NCBI GenBank assembly: GCA_036732145.1
Contig: DAINCY010000004.1
Span: 8,870-72,869 of the forward strand
Source of the DNA: Candidatus Dormiibacterota bacterium
GTDB taxonomy: Bacteria; Chloroflexota; Dormibacteria; Aeolococcales; Aeolococcaceae
Length of the DNA: 64,000 nucleotides
Reading direction: 5' to 3'
Every line of letters begins with the position of its first letter. The stretch's first letter is position 1. A program made the translations under genes and the position numbers. The notes under the pieces are model-generated. The model saw only the letters and a program-made list of their open reading frames with translations, made no database searches and was not told the DNA's origin. Shown here piece by piece: positions 36,304 through 45,360 of this stretch.

Positions 36304-37154
36304 GCGTGGTGACCATCGCGATGATGACGGTGCGCGAGGTCAGCCGGCGCCGCCTGGTGCTCGCTCTGGTGCTGCTCAGCGGTGTCGCCGTCGTGCTGAC
36401 GGGCTGGGGCTTCAGCCGCCTTCCCGGACTGCACGATCATGGTGTCCCCCTCACGGCGGCGGAGGTCACCGTGATCTCATCTCAGCTGCTCATCTTCGTT
36501 CTCTTCATGTTCAGCGCCGTTCTCGGCCTCGGCGCTGTGATGGTGGCGGCGCAGTCGGTGTCTGCGGAGGTGGAGTCGGGGCAGGCGCTCGCCGTCCTGG
36601 CGAGACCGATCGACCGTGCACAGGTGATCCTCGGCAAGTGGCTCGGCCTCGGCGGCCTGATCGTGGTGTATGCCGCGGTCGCGACGACCGTGGAGTTCCT
36701 GGTCGTGCTCTGGGCCACCGGCTACCTTCCCCCCCACCCGGTTGCCGCGGCGGCATTCGTGGCTGCCGAAGGCCTGGTGTTGCTCACCCTCACGCTGTGT
36801 CTCAGCGTGCGCCTGTCCGGCATCACCGCGGGTGTCATCGCCCTGATGCTGTTCTTCATCACCTGGATCGCCGGGGTGGCGGGGGCGGTGGGGACGGTCC
36901 TGAACAATGGACCGATCGAAGCGACCGGGACGATCAGCCGGATGCTCCTGCCGTCGGACGGGTTGTGGCGCGGCGCCATCTTCAACCTCGAGCCTTCGAC
37001 CGTCGTCGCCCTCGCGTCCGGCAGCCGCGAGGCCGCCGCCAATCCGTTCACCTCCCTGACAGCGCCGACAGGCGCCTACCTCGCCTGGGCGGTGGTGTGG
37101 ATCGCCGCCATCGTCGCGCTCACCATCCTCGCCTTCCGCCGCCGCGAGCTCTGA
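36300..37154 (+). CDS. ABC-2 type transporter permease
   Basis: ATGA overlap with the ATPase gene. 284 aa with 6 TM helices. Confidence 0.75.
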   Translation: MSVVTIAMMTVREVSRRRLVLALVLLSGVAVVLTGWGFSRLPGLHDHGVPLTAAEVTVISSQLLIFVLFMFSAVLGLGAVMVAAQSVSAEVESGQALAVLARPIDRAQVILGKWLGLGGLIVVYAAVATTVEFLVVLWATGYLPPHPVAAAAFVAAEGLVLLTLTLCLSVRLSGITAGVIALMLFFITWIAGVAGAVGTVLNNGPIEATGTISRMLLPSDGLWRGAIFNLEPSTVVALASGSREAAANPFTSLTAPTGAYLAWAVVWIAAIVALTILAFRRREL

Positions 37155-37207
37155 GAGCGCAGCCGCGATCCGGCGCCGGCTCCGGTCTTCGACCGGCCCC
37201 GGGTCAG

Positions 37208-38989
37208 CTAGGGGTCCACCGCTGGAGGCTCGGGCGATCCCTGATCGACCTGGGTTGTGGCATCTGCCACCTGCGGCGCGAAGTCCAATGACAGCGAGGG
37301 GTGCGTTCGCGCCAAACGCCTCCGTGCGCCGCCCAGCGTCGCCGGCGACAGGGATGCCACGGTGAGCGCATCGACGAACTCGTCCCCCTTGATGCGGTAG
37401 AGCGTGCAATCACTGACCGCTCTGACCGTCGCCGTCCTCGGCCGGCGCGCCAACAGGCCGATCTCGCCGAAGTAGTTCGGCGGGGTCAGTGCGCCCAGCA
37501 CCCTGGCGACGCCGGCCTCTCCCGCCGCGTACACCTCGGCCTCGCCCTCGACAAGAACGAAGAAGTCGTCGGCGTGGTCGCCCTCGTGGATGATCACCTG
37601 CCCGGTGGGCACGGTCTCCTCCACGGCCGACAGCGCCAGCCGCTCGAGGGTTGCCCGGGCGGCGCCGGCGAGAATGTCGACACCCTGCAGGACAGCGATG
37701 CGTGGCTCGATCCTGCTGATCTGAGCCGCGGCCTGGCGGTCGATCTGGCGGACCTTGGGGTACGACAGGACGGTCAGCGCCGGGACGGAGAAGCCGACGA
37801 TCAAGAGCGTGGTGGTGAGGCCGAAGGCGCCGAGGAGGATGGGCATGAGCAGCGCGCCCAGCGATATCGCCGCCAGCACCAGGGCGAAGAAGACGCCGAA
37901 GACGCGAGCCACGACGTCCGGGCTGACCACGCGTTGCAGAGCTGTGATGGCGAGGACGTCGACAACGATGGTGCCGCCGCCACGGATGACCTCGATGCCG
38001 AACGCAATCGCCGGCGAGTGGACGACCGTGAGGAGCGCCGTCGGCAGGCCGAAAATGATCAGGCCGGCGACGGTGATCGTGCCCAGACGTCGCATCGCCG
38101 CGATGCGGTTCATGAACGGAGCCACGACCAGGCCACCGACGCCCAGGGCGGCGAGGAGGTAGCCATACCCCTCGCTGCCGGTGCCCAGCTGCTGTTTGCT
38201 CAGCACCACGAACAGCACTGTGTCGGTGCCGTACAGAAAGCTCGCGACGATGCTGAAACCGGCGAGCACCACCACTGTCGAGGAGCTGAAGAACGCCCTG
38301 ATGCCCACCCCCATCTGCTGGAGCGGTCCGAGCGTGCCGCCCTCGGTGGCATCCCCCGGCATGCTGCGCGCCCTGATGCGGCTGACCACGATCGCCGAGA
38401 ACCCGAACGTGGCGGCGTTGATCGCGAACACCAGGGGCGTCGGCCCGAGCACCAGCAGCAGGGCGCCGATCGCCGGCCCGACGATGATGGTCAGGTTCTC
38501 GATGGCCGCCTGGACGCTGTTGGCCGCGGCCAGGTGCTCCTCGCCGACGATGGCCGGGATAGTGGCTCGGGCGGTGGGGTCGTACGACGCCGTCGTCACG
38601 GAGGTGAGCGTCGCCAGCACGATGATGAGCAGCGCGGGCGCATTCAGCGCTGCTGAGGCGGCCAGCCCAGCCTGCACGACCATCGCGACCGTGTCGAGCG
38701 TCACCATGAGCCGGACCCGCTCGACACGGTCGGCGACCACCCCGCCGAACGCGCTCGACAGCAGCGCGGAGAGGAAGCGCGCCATCGACGCGGCCGCGAC
38801 CCAGGCGGGCGAGTGCGTGGCGTTGAACACGTAGACGATGAGGGCGACGTTGTATGCCCAGGACCCGCTCTGCGAGGTCACGAGACCGGAGAACAACAAC
38901 CTGTAGTCGCGGATCCCAAACAGCGAGCCATAGCCGACCTTGGCCCGCTTCTCGGGTTCTCCCTCCACCTCGGCTCTCGCGGCCGTCAC
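37208..38989 (-). CDS. MFS transporter fused to a C-terminal cyclic-nucleotide-binding domain
   Basis: GTG 38989 overlaps the stop of the zinc-ribbon micro-ORF (GTGA). About 12 TM helices. The C-terminal cNMP domain has FFVLVEGEAEV...YFGEIGLLARRPRTATVRA. Confidence 0.8.
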   Translation of the reverse strand: MTAARAEVEGEPEKRAKVGYGSLFGIRDYRLLFSGLVTSQSGSWAYNVALIVYVFNATHSPAWVAAASMARFLSALLSSAFGGVVADRVERVRLMVTLDTVAMVVQAGLAASAALNAPALLIIVLATLTSVTTASYDPTARATIPAIVGEEHLAAANSVQAAIENLTIIVGPAIGALLLVLGPTPLVFAINAATFGFSAIVVSRIRARSMPGDATEGGTLGPLQQMGVGIRAFFSSSTVVVLAGFSIVASFLYGTDTVLFVVLSKQQLGTGSEGYGYLLAALGVGGLVVAPFMNRIAAMRRLGTITVAGLIIFGLPTALLTVVHSPAIAFGIEVIRGGGTIVVDVLAITALQRVVSPDVVARVFGVFFALVLAAISLGALLMPILLGAFGLTTTLLIVGFSVPALTVLSYPKVRQIDRQAAAQISRIEPRIAVLQGVDILAGAARATLERLALSAVEETVPTGQVIIHEGDHADDFFVLVEGEAEVYAAGEAGVARVLGALTPPNYFGEIGLLARRPRTATVRAVSDCTLYRIKGDEFVDALTVASLSPATLGGARRRLARTHPSLSLDFAPQVADATTQVDQGSPEPPAVDP

Positions 38990-39090
38990 GCGGGCTCGAT
39001 GGTGCCGCCGTAGCGTGTGATCACAGCCCCGCACTTGCCGCAGAATCGCCGTCCTTCGCGATTCGCCGATCCGCAGGAGGCGCAGTTCAT
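38986..39090 (-). CDS. 34-aa zinc-ribbon micro-protein, translationally coupled to the MFS-cNMP gene
   Basis: MNCASCGSANREGRRFCGKCGAVITRYGGTIEPA has CxxC-x10-CxxC, typical of zinc-ribbon/DZR modules. Its stop TGA overlaps the GTG of the next gene. No clear SD, so confidence is moderate. Confidence 0.45.
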   Translation of the reverse strand: MNCASCGSANREGRRFCGKCGAVITRYGGTIEPA

Positions 39091-39142
39091 GGTCGCACAG
39101 GGTACTTGGCACGCAGCCGTGCGCGAAGATCGGAGGCCCGGA

Positions 39143-40021
39143 TCAGCGCCGCCGCCGTTGGTCCGTTCCCGGCTCCTTCCCCTCGAGCCGCTCCTCCAGC
39201 TGCAGGGTTCGCTCGAAGGCCGCCCATACCGCGTCGCTGACGACGGTCCGCAGCCGTCCCTTCTCGAGCTCGTAGAGCGCCTCGGCCGAGGTCCCACCCG
39301 GCGAGGTGACCATGTCACGCAGCTCGGCGACATGCTTGCCGCTCTGCAACGCGAAGTCCGCAGAGCCGGACATGGTGTCGAGCACGAGCTCGCGTGCGAC
39401 GTGGCGGGGGAAACCCAGGTGGACAGCGGCGTCGGTGAGCGCCTCGATGAACAGGAAGATGTAGGTCGGCCCGGTCCCGCTCACCGCCGTGGCCATCGCG
39501 ACCTGGCGCTCGTCGTGCACCTCGAATTCCCGCCCCAGGGCGCCGAGCATCGCCCGCACACGATCGCGCCCGCGCTCGTCGACGTCCTCGGTGGCGTACC
39601 AGACCGTCACCCCCCTGCCGATCTGGGAGGGCGTGTTGGGCATGGAACGCACCACCGCGGGGTGTTGCAGGCCTTCGCCGAGCGCTCTCGTGCTGGCTCC
39701 GGCGATGATGCTGATCACCAGCTGATCAGCTCGCAGGCTGCCGCGCAATTCAGCCATCACACCGGCCAGCATCTGCGGCTTGACGGCGAGCAGAACGATG
39801 TCGGCGTCCCGTGCTGCGGCGATGTTGTGAGCGGTGACGGCAATGCCGTGCAAGGTCGCGAGAGCCTCTCGTCGCTCTGCCCGAGGATGGCTGCACGTGA
39901 CCCGTGACGACTCGATGAGGCGACCATCGACGAGGCCCGCGACCATCGCCTCCCCCATCACCCCGGCGCCAATCACCGCCAGACGGACGTCCTCGAGCGG
40001 GCGATCGGTCACCGCGCTCAC
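39143..40021 (-). CDS. proC: pyrroline-5-carboxylate reductase
   Basis: GTG 40021 overlaps the upstream esterase stop (GTGA). Rossmann VIGAGVMGEAM and C-terminal signature MVTSPGGTSAEAL. Confidence 0.88.
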   Translation of the reverse strand: MSAVTDRPLEDVRLAVIGAGVMGEAMVAGLVDGRLIESSRVTCSHPRAERREALATLHGIAVTAHNIAAARDADIVLLAVKPQMLAGVMAELRGSLRADQLVISIIAGASTRALGEGLQHPAVVRSMPNTPSQIGRGVTVWYATEDVDERGRDRVRAMLGALGREFEVHDERQVAMATAVSGTGPTYIFLFIEALTDAAVHLGFPRHVARELVLDTMSGSADFALQSGKHVAELRDMVTSPGGTSAEALYELEKGRLRTVVSDAVWAAFERTLQLEERLEGKEPGTDQRRRR

Positions 40022-40743
40022 GTGAGCTGGCCAAGGTAGTGCGGCAGCATGCGACGCCACGTCGGCCAGTCGTGGTCGTACTCGGTGCCCCAGGGGTCGA
40101 CGCGATTGGGGATCCCCTTCTCCCCCATCACCGCGGCAAGTCGCCAGGAGTGATCGATGTCCTCCCACCGGCCCTGCCCCGACGCCAGGATGGCGAAACG
40201 ACGCTGCAGTTGCTCGAGAATCGGCCCGTGCAGGCTCGGCAGAAAGTGCAGCGGGGTGGCGAAGAAGAGCGCGTCGCCGCCGTCGGGGCCGATGAAGTTG
40301 GCGAGGTCGTACGTGCCGCTCATACCGATGGCGTGGCTGACCACGTCAGGATAGCGGCAGAGAACGGCCACCGCGTTGAAGGCTCCGATCGACGCACCGC
40401 TGACCACGATATCGGCGCCCGGCGCCTCGCAGTCGGCCCAGATGGCGGGAAACATCTCCTCCCGGACGAACCGGTGAAATCCGTCGAGCAAGGCCGCCCG
40501 ATACCTGGCATCGCCGTCGCCGCGCACCATCGCGTAGCCCGCGATGCTGTCGCACGAATACACCTTGATGCGACCGGCCTCGATGAGCTCGCCGAGAGCG
40601 TCGATGACGAGCATCCGCTCGATCTCCTCGGCATCGCCGCCGGCAGTCGGAAAGATGATCACCGGGCGGCCGAAGTGGCCCCAGCGCACCACGGTGACGT
40701 CGCTCTCGACGCGCTCGGAGTACCAGCGCTCCCGCAATTTCAT
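40018..40743 (-). CDS. alpha/beta-hydrolase esterase (PF00756-like 'putative esterase')
   Basis: ATG 40743 (MKLRERWYSE...). WGHFGRPVIIFPTAGGD, nucleophile elbow GASIGAFNA, and a C-terminal His region (YDHDWPTW). Confidence 0.7.
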   Translation of the reverse strand: MKLRERWYSERVESDVTVVRWGHFGRPVIIFPTAGGDAEEIERMLVIDALGELIEAGRIKVYSCDSIAGYAMVRGDGDARYRAALLDGFHRFVREEMFPAIWADCEAPGADIVVSGASIGAFNAVAVLCRYPDVVSHAIGMSGTYDLANFIGPDGGDALFFATPLHFLPSLHGPILEQLQRRFAILASGQGRWEDIDHSWRLAAVMGEKGIPNRVDPWGTEYDHDWPTWRRMLPHYLGQLT

Positions 40744-40762
40744 GACCGCGGAGTCTGGCGCA

Positions 40763-41926
40763 TCAGGGGTACAGGAAGCGCTGCTCGCCGGGGAAGAGCC
40801 AGCTGAGCCCATCCAGAAGACGGTCGCGCCAGCCCGTCCACGTGTGGCCGTCGAGGGATTCCACCACCTTCACCTCAGCGGCCATACGCCGGAGCACGTC
40901 GACCATGGCGAGGTTGCGCTGGGCGGCTGGTTCAAAAGCGCCGTAGCTGAGGAAGATCTGCTCGACCACCTGCTGCGGCTGCGACCGAATCGCGTTGACG
41001 AAGCGCACCACCGGGTCGAACACCGGACCACCGGGATGTTCGCGGCCCACCACCGTGTACAGAAAGGACGCCGACTGCAGCAACAGCCCGCCGTAGAAGC
41101 CGGGAGCCCGCACCGCCGCGGACAGCGCCGCGATGGCCCCGAAGCTGGCGCCGGCCAGCACCCGGCCGGCGGGCTCGGCGCGCAACGGGAAACGCTGCTC
41201 GAGCAACGGCACCAGCTCAGCGGTGAGGAAGCGGCTGTGCGCGGCACTGGCGCCGTACTCCCTGAGCCTATCGCCGGGGTGGCTGAACGCCACCACGCAG
41301 TCGGCCATCCGCCTCTGGTCCATGAGGTTGTCGAGCACGGTTCCGAACGACGCGTAGTTGAGGAAGTCACCTCCGTCGTGAACGACGAGCAGGGGCAGCC
41401 GGTCCTCACGGCGCATGCGCGCTCGTGTGTACAGCGTCACGTGCGCCTCACGGCGCAGCGCCTTGCTGTGGAAATGCAGCTCGGTGAGCTCGCCGTGCAC
41501 CACAGCCGGATCTGCCAGCGCCCACCTGGGCGTCTCGTACCCCTGCGCGCGGAGCACCGACATGGTGCTGGCCGGCCCGGTCACCGACTCGGGGTTGAGC
41601 GGGTCGAGGATGTTCTCGACATTGTCTCCGTGACGCACCAGCAGCCGGTACTCGATGCGAGACGCAGGCGGCAACTCGATGGAGGCGTACCAGAGGTCGC
41701 TGCGCGGCAGCCGCTTCAGTGGAAGTGGCGCGGCGAGGCCGCGGACGGCGTGCTCGATCGCGACCCCGTCCGCCTCGCCACGGTAGAGGAATGTGCATGC
41801 CGCGCCCTCGACGAGCGGCACCCGGTTGTCGGCAAGGAGCTGGTCGATCGCCGCCGCGCTCACCCCCCCGGCCCGCAGCCGGGTGAGGGCCCGCTGCCGC
41901 GGCGCTTTGGGCGAGGTGGTGGTCAC
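40763..41926 (-). CDS. enterochelin-esterase-like alpha/beta hydrolase with N-terminal beta-sandwich domain
   Basis: GTG 41926 overlaps the upstream gene stop (GTGA). N-terminal domain (FLYRGEADGVAIEH...YASIELPPASRIEYRLLV), then LPLLVVHDGGDF and nucleophile elbow GASFGAIAA. Confidence 0.7.
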   Translation of the reverse strand: MTTTSPKAPRQRALTRLRAGGVSAAAIDQLLADNRVPLVEGAACTFLYRGEADGVAIEHAVRGLAAPLPLKRLPRSDLWYASIELPPASRIEYRLLVRHGDNVENILDPLNPESVTGPASTMSVLRAQGYETPRWALADPAVVHGELTELHFHSKALRREAHVTLYTRARMRREDRLPLLVVHDGGDFLNYASFGTVLDNLMDQRRMADCVVAFSHPGDRLREYGASAAHSRFLTAELVPLLEQRFPLRAEPAGRVLAGASFGAIAALSAAVRAPGFYGGLLLQSASFLYTVVGREHPGGPVFDPVVRFVNAIRSQPQQVVEQIFLSYGAFEPAAQRNLAMVDVLRRMAAEVKVVESLDGHTWTGWRDRLLDGLSWLFPGEQRFLYP

Positions 41927-42855
41927 GCCGCCTCCGCGGAGGCCCGGACGGTGCCGTCCGTGGCGACCACCCGCGCTCGGCTGAGGTCGGCGACTCCGTT
42001 GTCGTCGAACGGCACACGGTCGCCCTCGTCGAGGAGGACACACGCACGCGGCGCCAGGCGCCGGGCCAGCAACGCCAGGTGATTGCGGTCGTCGATACGC
42101 AGTCGGCGTGCCGAGGCGGGCAGAGGCACAACGCCGCGCACCACGCCGATCCCGGCACCGAGCATCTCGTCCGGCCTCCCGCTGTGGTCGTGGTCGTCGA
42201 CCACCATGACCCGCTCGGCTATCGCCATCGCCCCCGACGACCACGCCACCACCGGCCGGTCGCCAAGCCTGGCGCCGAGGTTGCAGACGTGCAGGCACTC
42301 GGTCAGCACACCGACGTGGCCGCCGGCGATGACCAGCGCGGCACACTCGGCCACCACCGAGGCCACGGCCTCGCGGTGGGCGGCGATGGCGGGGCGCTCG
42401 TGTGGCGGACACGCCGCATAGAACTCACCCAGCACAGCCTCCAGCCGTGAGGCGTGGCGTTCGTCGAGGGCGCGGACGGTCTCGATTGCCTCGTCCAGCT
42501 GGACACCGGACAACCGACGGGCACCGGCGTCGTGCTGACGAACCGCCTCGACGCCGCGGAGTGCGTGGCGGAGCTGCACCAGGTAGACCTCGCGGAGCTG
42601 GGTGAGCACGGTGCGCACCCGCCGCACCTCGTGGGCGTACTCAGGGTCGCTCTCCAGGATGTCGAGACTCCGACCGAAGAGGCCGAGGTTGCGCGTGCCC
42701 CCGCCGAGCGCGCGATCGAGGTCCGCATCGTTGCGCTCACTCTCCTCCCAGCCGGCCGTCACCAGGGCGATGGGACCGTCGACGCCGAGGGTGGCGAGCT
42801 CGCTCATGACCCTGGCCCCGTCCCCGACGGGCCCGAGCAGGACGGTGACGCTCAC
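41923..42855 (-). CDS. uncharacterised protein, tentatively peptidase S51 / class-I glutamine-amidotransferase-like fold
   Basis: GTG 42855 overlaps the ATP-grasp stop (GTGA). PIALVTAGWEE, then a ~100-aa helical insertion, then ALVIAGGHVGVL and VVAWSSGAMAI, which resembles the G-x-S-A-G-A nucleophile elbow of cyanophycinase/dipeptidase E. No clear catalytic His. Assignment by eye only. Confidence 0.35.
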   Translation of the reverse strand: MSVTVLLGPVGDGARVMSELATLGVDGPIALVTAGWEESERNDADLDRALGGGTRNLGLFGRSLDILESDPEYAHEVRRVRTVLTQLREVYLVQLRHALRGVEAVRQHDAGARRLSGVQLDEAIETVRALDERHASRLEAVLGEFYAACPPHERPAIAAHREAVASVVAECAALVIAGGHVGVLTECLHVCNLGARLGDRPVVAWSSGAMAIAERVMVVDDHDHSGRPDEMLGAGIGVVRGVVPLPASARRLRIDDRNHLALLARRLAPRACVLLDEGDRVPFDDNGVADLSRARVVATDGTVRASAEAA

Positions 42856-44069
42856 GAGGCGCGGACTTTGAGGATCTGCCCGACCACATCGAGCATGCTG
42901 CACAGCGTGTCGTAGTCGGGGTGGATCAGCCGCACCCAGGCGTTGGCCATGTAGCCGGCGTCCACCGGCTGGGTCGGGGTACCGGGCTCGGGCAGGTGCA
43001 CGTCGAGGATGTGCTCGCCGAAGCGTTGCTGCACCTCGTCGACGCCGTCGTAGTGGCTGATCTGCCCATCCTGGTCGGGACGGAGCGCGACCATGCCGGC
43101 GGCGCGACGGCGTGACAGCGGCCGCTCCACGCGCCCATGGACGATGACGTTGGCCCATTCGCGATAGATGTCGACGTCGTTGCCGGCGGCGTAGAGGTCC
43201 CAGGCGCGCACCCCAGGCGGACGGCAACCGATCTCGTTGAAGCGCAACCCCTTCGGGCCGAAGAACCACTCCATGTGCGTGGCCGACGTGCCGATCCCCA
43301 GAGCCCGTGCCACCCGGCGGCCCATGGCGCGCACCTCGCCGTATTCAGGCACGCTGTCCACCCGGTTGGTGGCGACGAACTGAGGGCTGACCCAGCGAGT
43401 GCGCATGGCATCGAGCACGTTGGGGTAGTAGTGGGTGACGAAGTCGTACACCGGCTCGCCGTTGATCGACAGGGTGTCATAGAAGCCCTCATGCCCCTCC
43501 ACGAACTCCTCGACTGCGATGGAGTCGGCTGAGCCGAAGCCCGCGAGAGCGGTGTCGAGCTCAGCGTCGCTATCGACGCGCACGGTCCCCGACGCTCCGG
43601 CCCCAGCACGCGGCTTGAGGATGAGTGGGTACCCGACTTGTGCCGCGAAGTCACGCACCTCCGCTGCGGTGTGAGCGGCGGTCGACGCGGCGCAGGGAAC
43701 GCCCGCCTCGCGGAGTACCTCCTTCATGGATGGTTTGTCGCGGCACAACCAGGCGGTGCGGACCGACGTCCCGGGGATGGTGCAGTTCTCGCGGACCTGA
43801 GCGGCGGCCATGGTGTGGGCCTCGACGACCGCTTCGAGGCGATCGACCCAGACGCGTTCCTGCACCCACCGGACCACGTCTGTGACGGCGCCGACGTCGG
43901 TGACGTTGCCGAGTTGGTGGTAGTGCAGCAGCCAGCCCTGCAGGTCAGGGTCGAGCTGCTCGAGGGGACGCTCGCCGATGCCGATCACCGTCGCCCCGGC
44001 GGCGGCCAGCCCGCGCACGAACTCACGCTGGTTGGGTGGAAAGGCCGGCTCCATGAAGATGACATTCAT
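42852..44069 (-). CDS. ATP-grasp ligase, paralogue 1
   Basis: 405 aa with CRDKPSMKEVL, GYPLILKPRAGAGASG, AVEEFVEGHEGFYD, HMEWFFGPKGLRFNEIGCRPPG. Confidence 0.85.
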   Translation of the reverse strand: MNVIFMEPAFPPNQREFVRGLAAAGATVIGIGERPLEQLDPDLQGWLLHYHQLGNVTDVGAVTDVVRWVQERVWVDRLEAVVEAHTMAAAQVRENCTIPGTSVRTAWLCRDKPSMKEVLREAGVPCAASTAAHTAAEVRDFAAQVGYPLILKPRAGAGASGTVRVDSDAELDTALAGFGSADSIAVEEFVEGHEGFYDTLSINGEPVYDFVTHYYPNVLDAMRTRWVSPQFVATNRVDSVPEYGEVRAMGRRVARALGIGTSATHMEWFFGPKGLRFNEIGCRPPGVRAWDLYAAGNDVDIYREWANVIVHGRVERPLSRRRAAGMVALRPDQDGQISHYDGVDEVQQRFGEHILDVHLPEPGTPTQPVDAGYMANAWVRLIHPDYDTLCSMLDVVGQILKVRAS

Positions 44070-44117
44070 TGCCGGTCGATCCTACCGGCGCGGTCGTCGC
44101 TGCCGTGTGCGGGCTTG

Positions 44118-44123
44118 CATACT
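44118..44123 (+). promoter_or_regulatory. candidate -10 element giving a leaderless transcript for ATP-grasp paralogues 2 and 3
   Basis: TTGCATACTC with hexamer CATACT, then 6 nt, then GTG 44130, and no SD. The -35 is poor. Confidence 0.35.
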
Positions 44124-44129
44124 CCGCAG

Positions 44130-45356
44130 GTGCCCATCGCCGTCTTTGCAGCCCCCTTCCTGCTCGACGCCACCCTCCGCTTCATCGATGCGGCCGCCTC
44201 GCTCCCCGACGTGCGGCTGGCTGTGGTGAGCCAGGACCCCGAGGAGAAGATCCCGGCGCCACTTCGCGGTCGCCTGGCGGCGCACTGGCGCATCGACGAC
44301 GGCACCGACGCTCAGCAGATTGCCGACGCCACTCGTGGCCTGGCCGGTCAACTGGGTGGCGTCGATCGCCTGGTGGGCATGCTCGAGCAGCTCCAGGTGC
44401 CACTCGGGGAAGTGCGCGACGCTCTGGGCATACCCGGGATGGGCGCTGAGGTGGCACGCAACTTCCGCGACAAGTCACGCATGAAGGACGTCTTTGCCGC
44501 CCACGGCGTGCCCTGCGCAGCCCACGGGGTGGCCACGTCGGCGGCGCAGGCCTCCTCGATCGCCGAGCAGCTGGGCCTGCCGGTGGTGGTCAAGCCACCC
44601 GCCGGTGCGGGCGCGCGCAGCACGTTCCGAATTGACACCGCCGATCAGCTGGCCGCCTGGCTGCGCGTCGATGCGCCGTCCGTCGCTGCGCCGGCGCTTC
44701 TGGAGGAGTTGGTCACCGGCGACGAGCACAGCTTCGACAGCGTCTGCGTCGGAGGCCGGGTGGTGTGGCATTCCATCTCCAGGTATCTGCCGACGCCGCT
44801 GGAGGTCCTGGAGAATCCCTGGATACAGTGGGCGGTCCTTCTCCCCCGCTCCATCGAGGGGACTGAGTACGACGCCATTCGCGACGGAGCCTCGCGCGGG
44901 CTGCAGGCGCTGGGCATGGACACCGGCTTCAGTCACATGGAGTGGTTCCGGCTGCGGGAGGGACGCATCGCCCTTTCCGAGGTGGCCGCCCGCCCCCCCG
45001 GTGCGCAGTTCACCACACTGCTCTCCTACGCGCACGACACCGACATGTACCGCGCCTGGGCCGGGCTCGAGATCCGCGGAGAGTTCGATCCACCGCAGCG
45101 CCGCCACGCTGTCGGAGCTGTGTACCTGCGCGGTCAGGGCAGTGGCGTCGTCCGCGGGGTGCACGGCCTCGAAACCCTCCAGCACGAACTGGCCGACCTG
45201 GTCGTGGAGGCACGCCTACCCAGGGAGGGACAGCCGCGCAGTGAAAGCTATGAGGGCGAGGGCTACGTAATCCTTCGCCACGACGACACCGAGGTGGTCG
45301 CGTCCGCGCTTCGCAGAGTGGGCGAGGTGGCGCGCGTGGAGCTCGGAGAGGGCTGA
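44130..45356 (+). CDS. ATP-grasp ligase, paralogue 2
   Basis: GTG 44130 (VPIAVFAAPF...). FRDKSRMKDVF, GLPVVVKPPAGAGARS, LLEELVTGDEHSFD, HMEWFRLREGRIALSEVAARPPG. The 164 upstream codons of the track ORF are antisense to paralogue 1. Confidence 0.85.
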   Translation: MPIAVFAAPFLLDATLRFIDAAASLPDVRLAVVSQDPEEKIPAPLRGRLAAHWRIDDGTDAQQIADATRGLAGQLGGVDRLVGMLEQLQVPLGEVRDALGIPGMGAEVARNFRDKSRMKDVFAAHGVPCAAHGVATSAAQASSIAEQLGLPVVVKPPAGAGARSTFRIDTADQLAAWLRVDAPSVAAPALLEELVTGDEHSFDSVCVGGRVVWHSISRYLPTPLEVLENPWIQWAVLLPRSIEGTEYDAIRDGASRGLQALGMDTGFSHMEWFRLREGRIALSEVAARPPGAQFTTLLSYAHDTDMYRAWAGLEIRGEFDPPQRRHAVGAVYLRGQGSGVVRGVHGLETLQHELADLVVEARLPREGQPRSESYEGEGYVILRHDDTEVVASALRRVGEVARVELGEG

Positions 45357-45360
45357 CGCT

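Noticed and set aside
43638-44129. N-terminal 164 codons of the 572-aa track ORF containing ATP-grasp paralogue 2. Analogous extensions occur at 59506..59970 (LLM-MenA), 3265..3762 (asd), 31975..32247 (arsR), 48934..49143 (methyltransferase) and 61620..61946 (CPBP).
   Set aside because: All are antisense to, or out of frame with, a well-supported neighbouring gene. They lack homology features. A better-supported internal start exists in each case.
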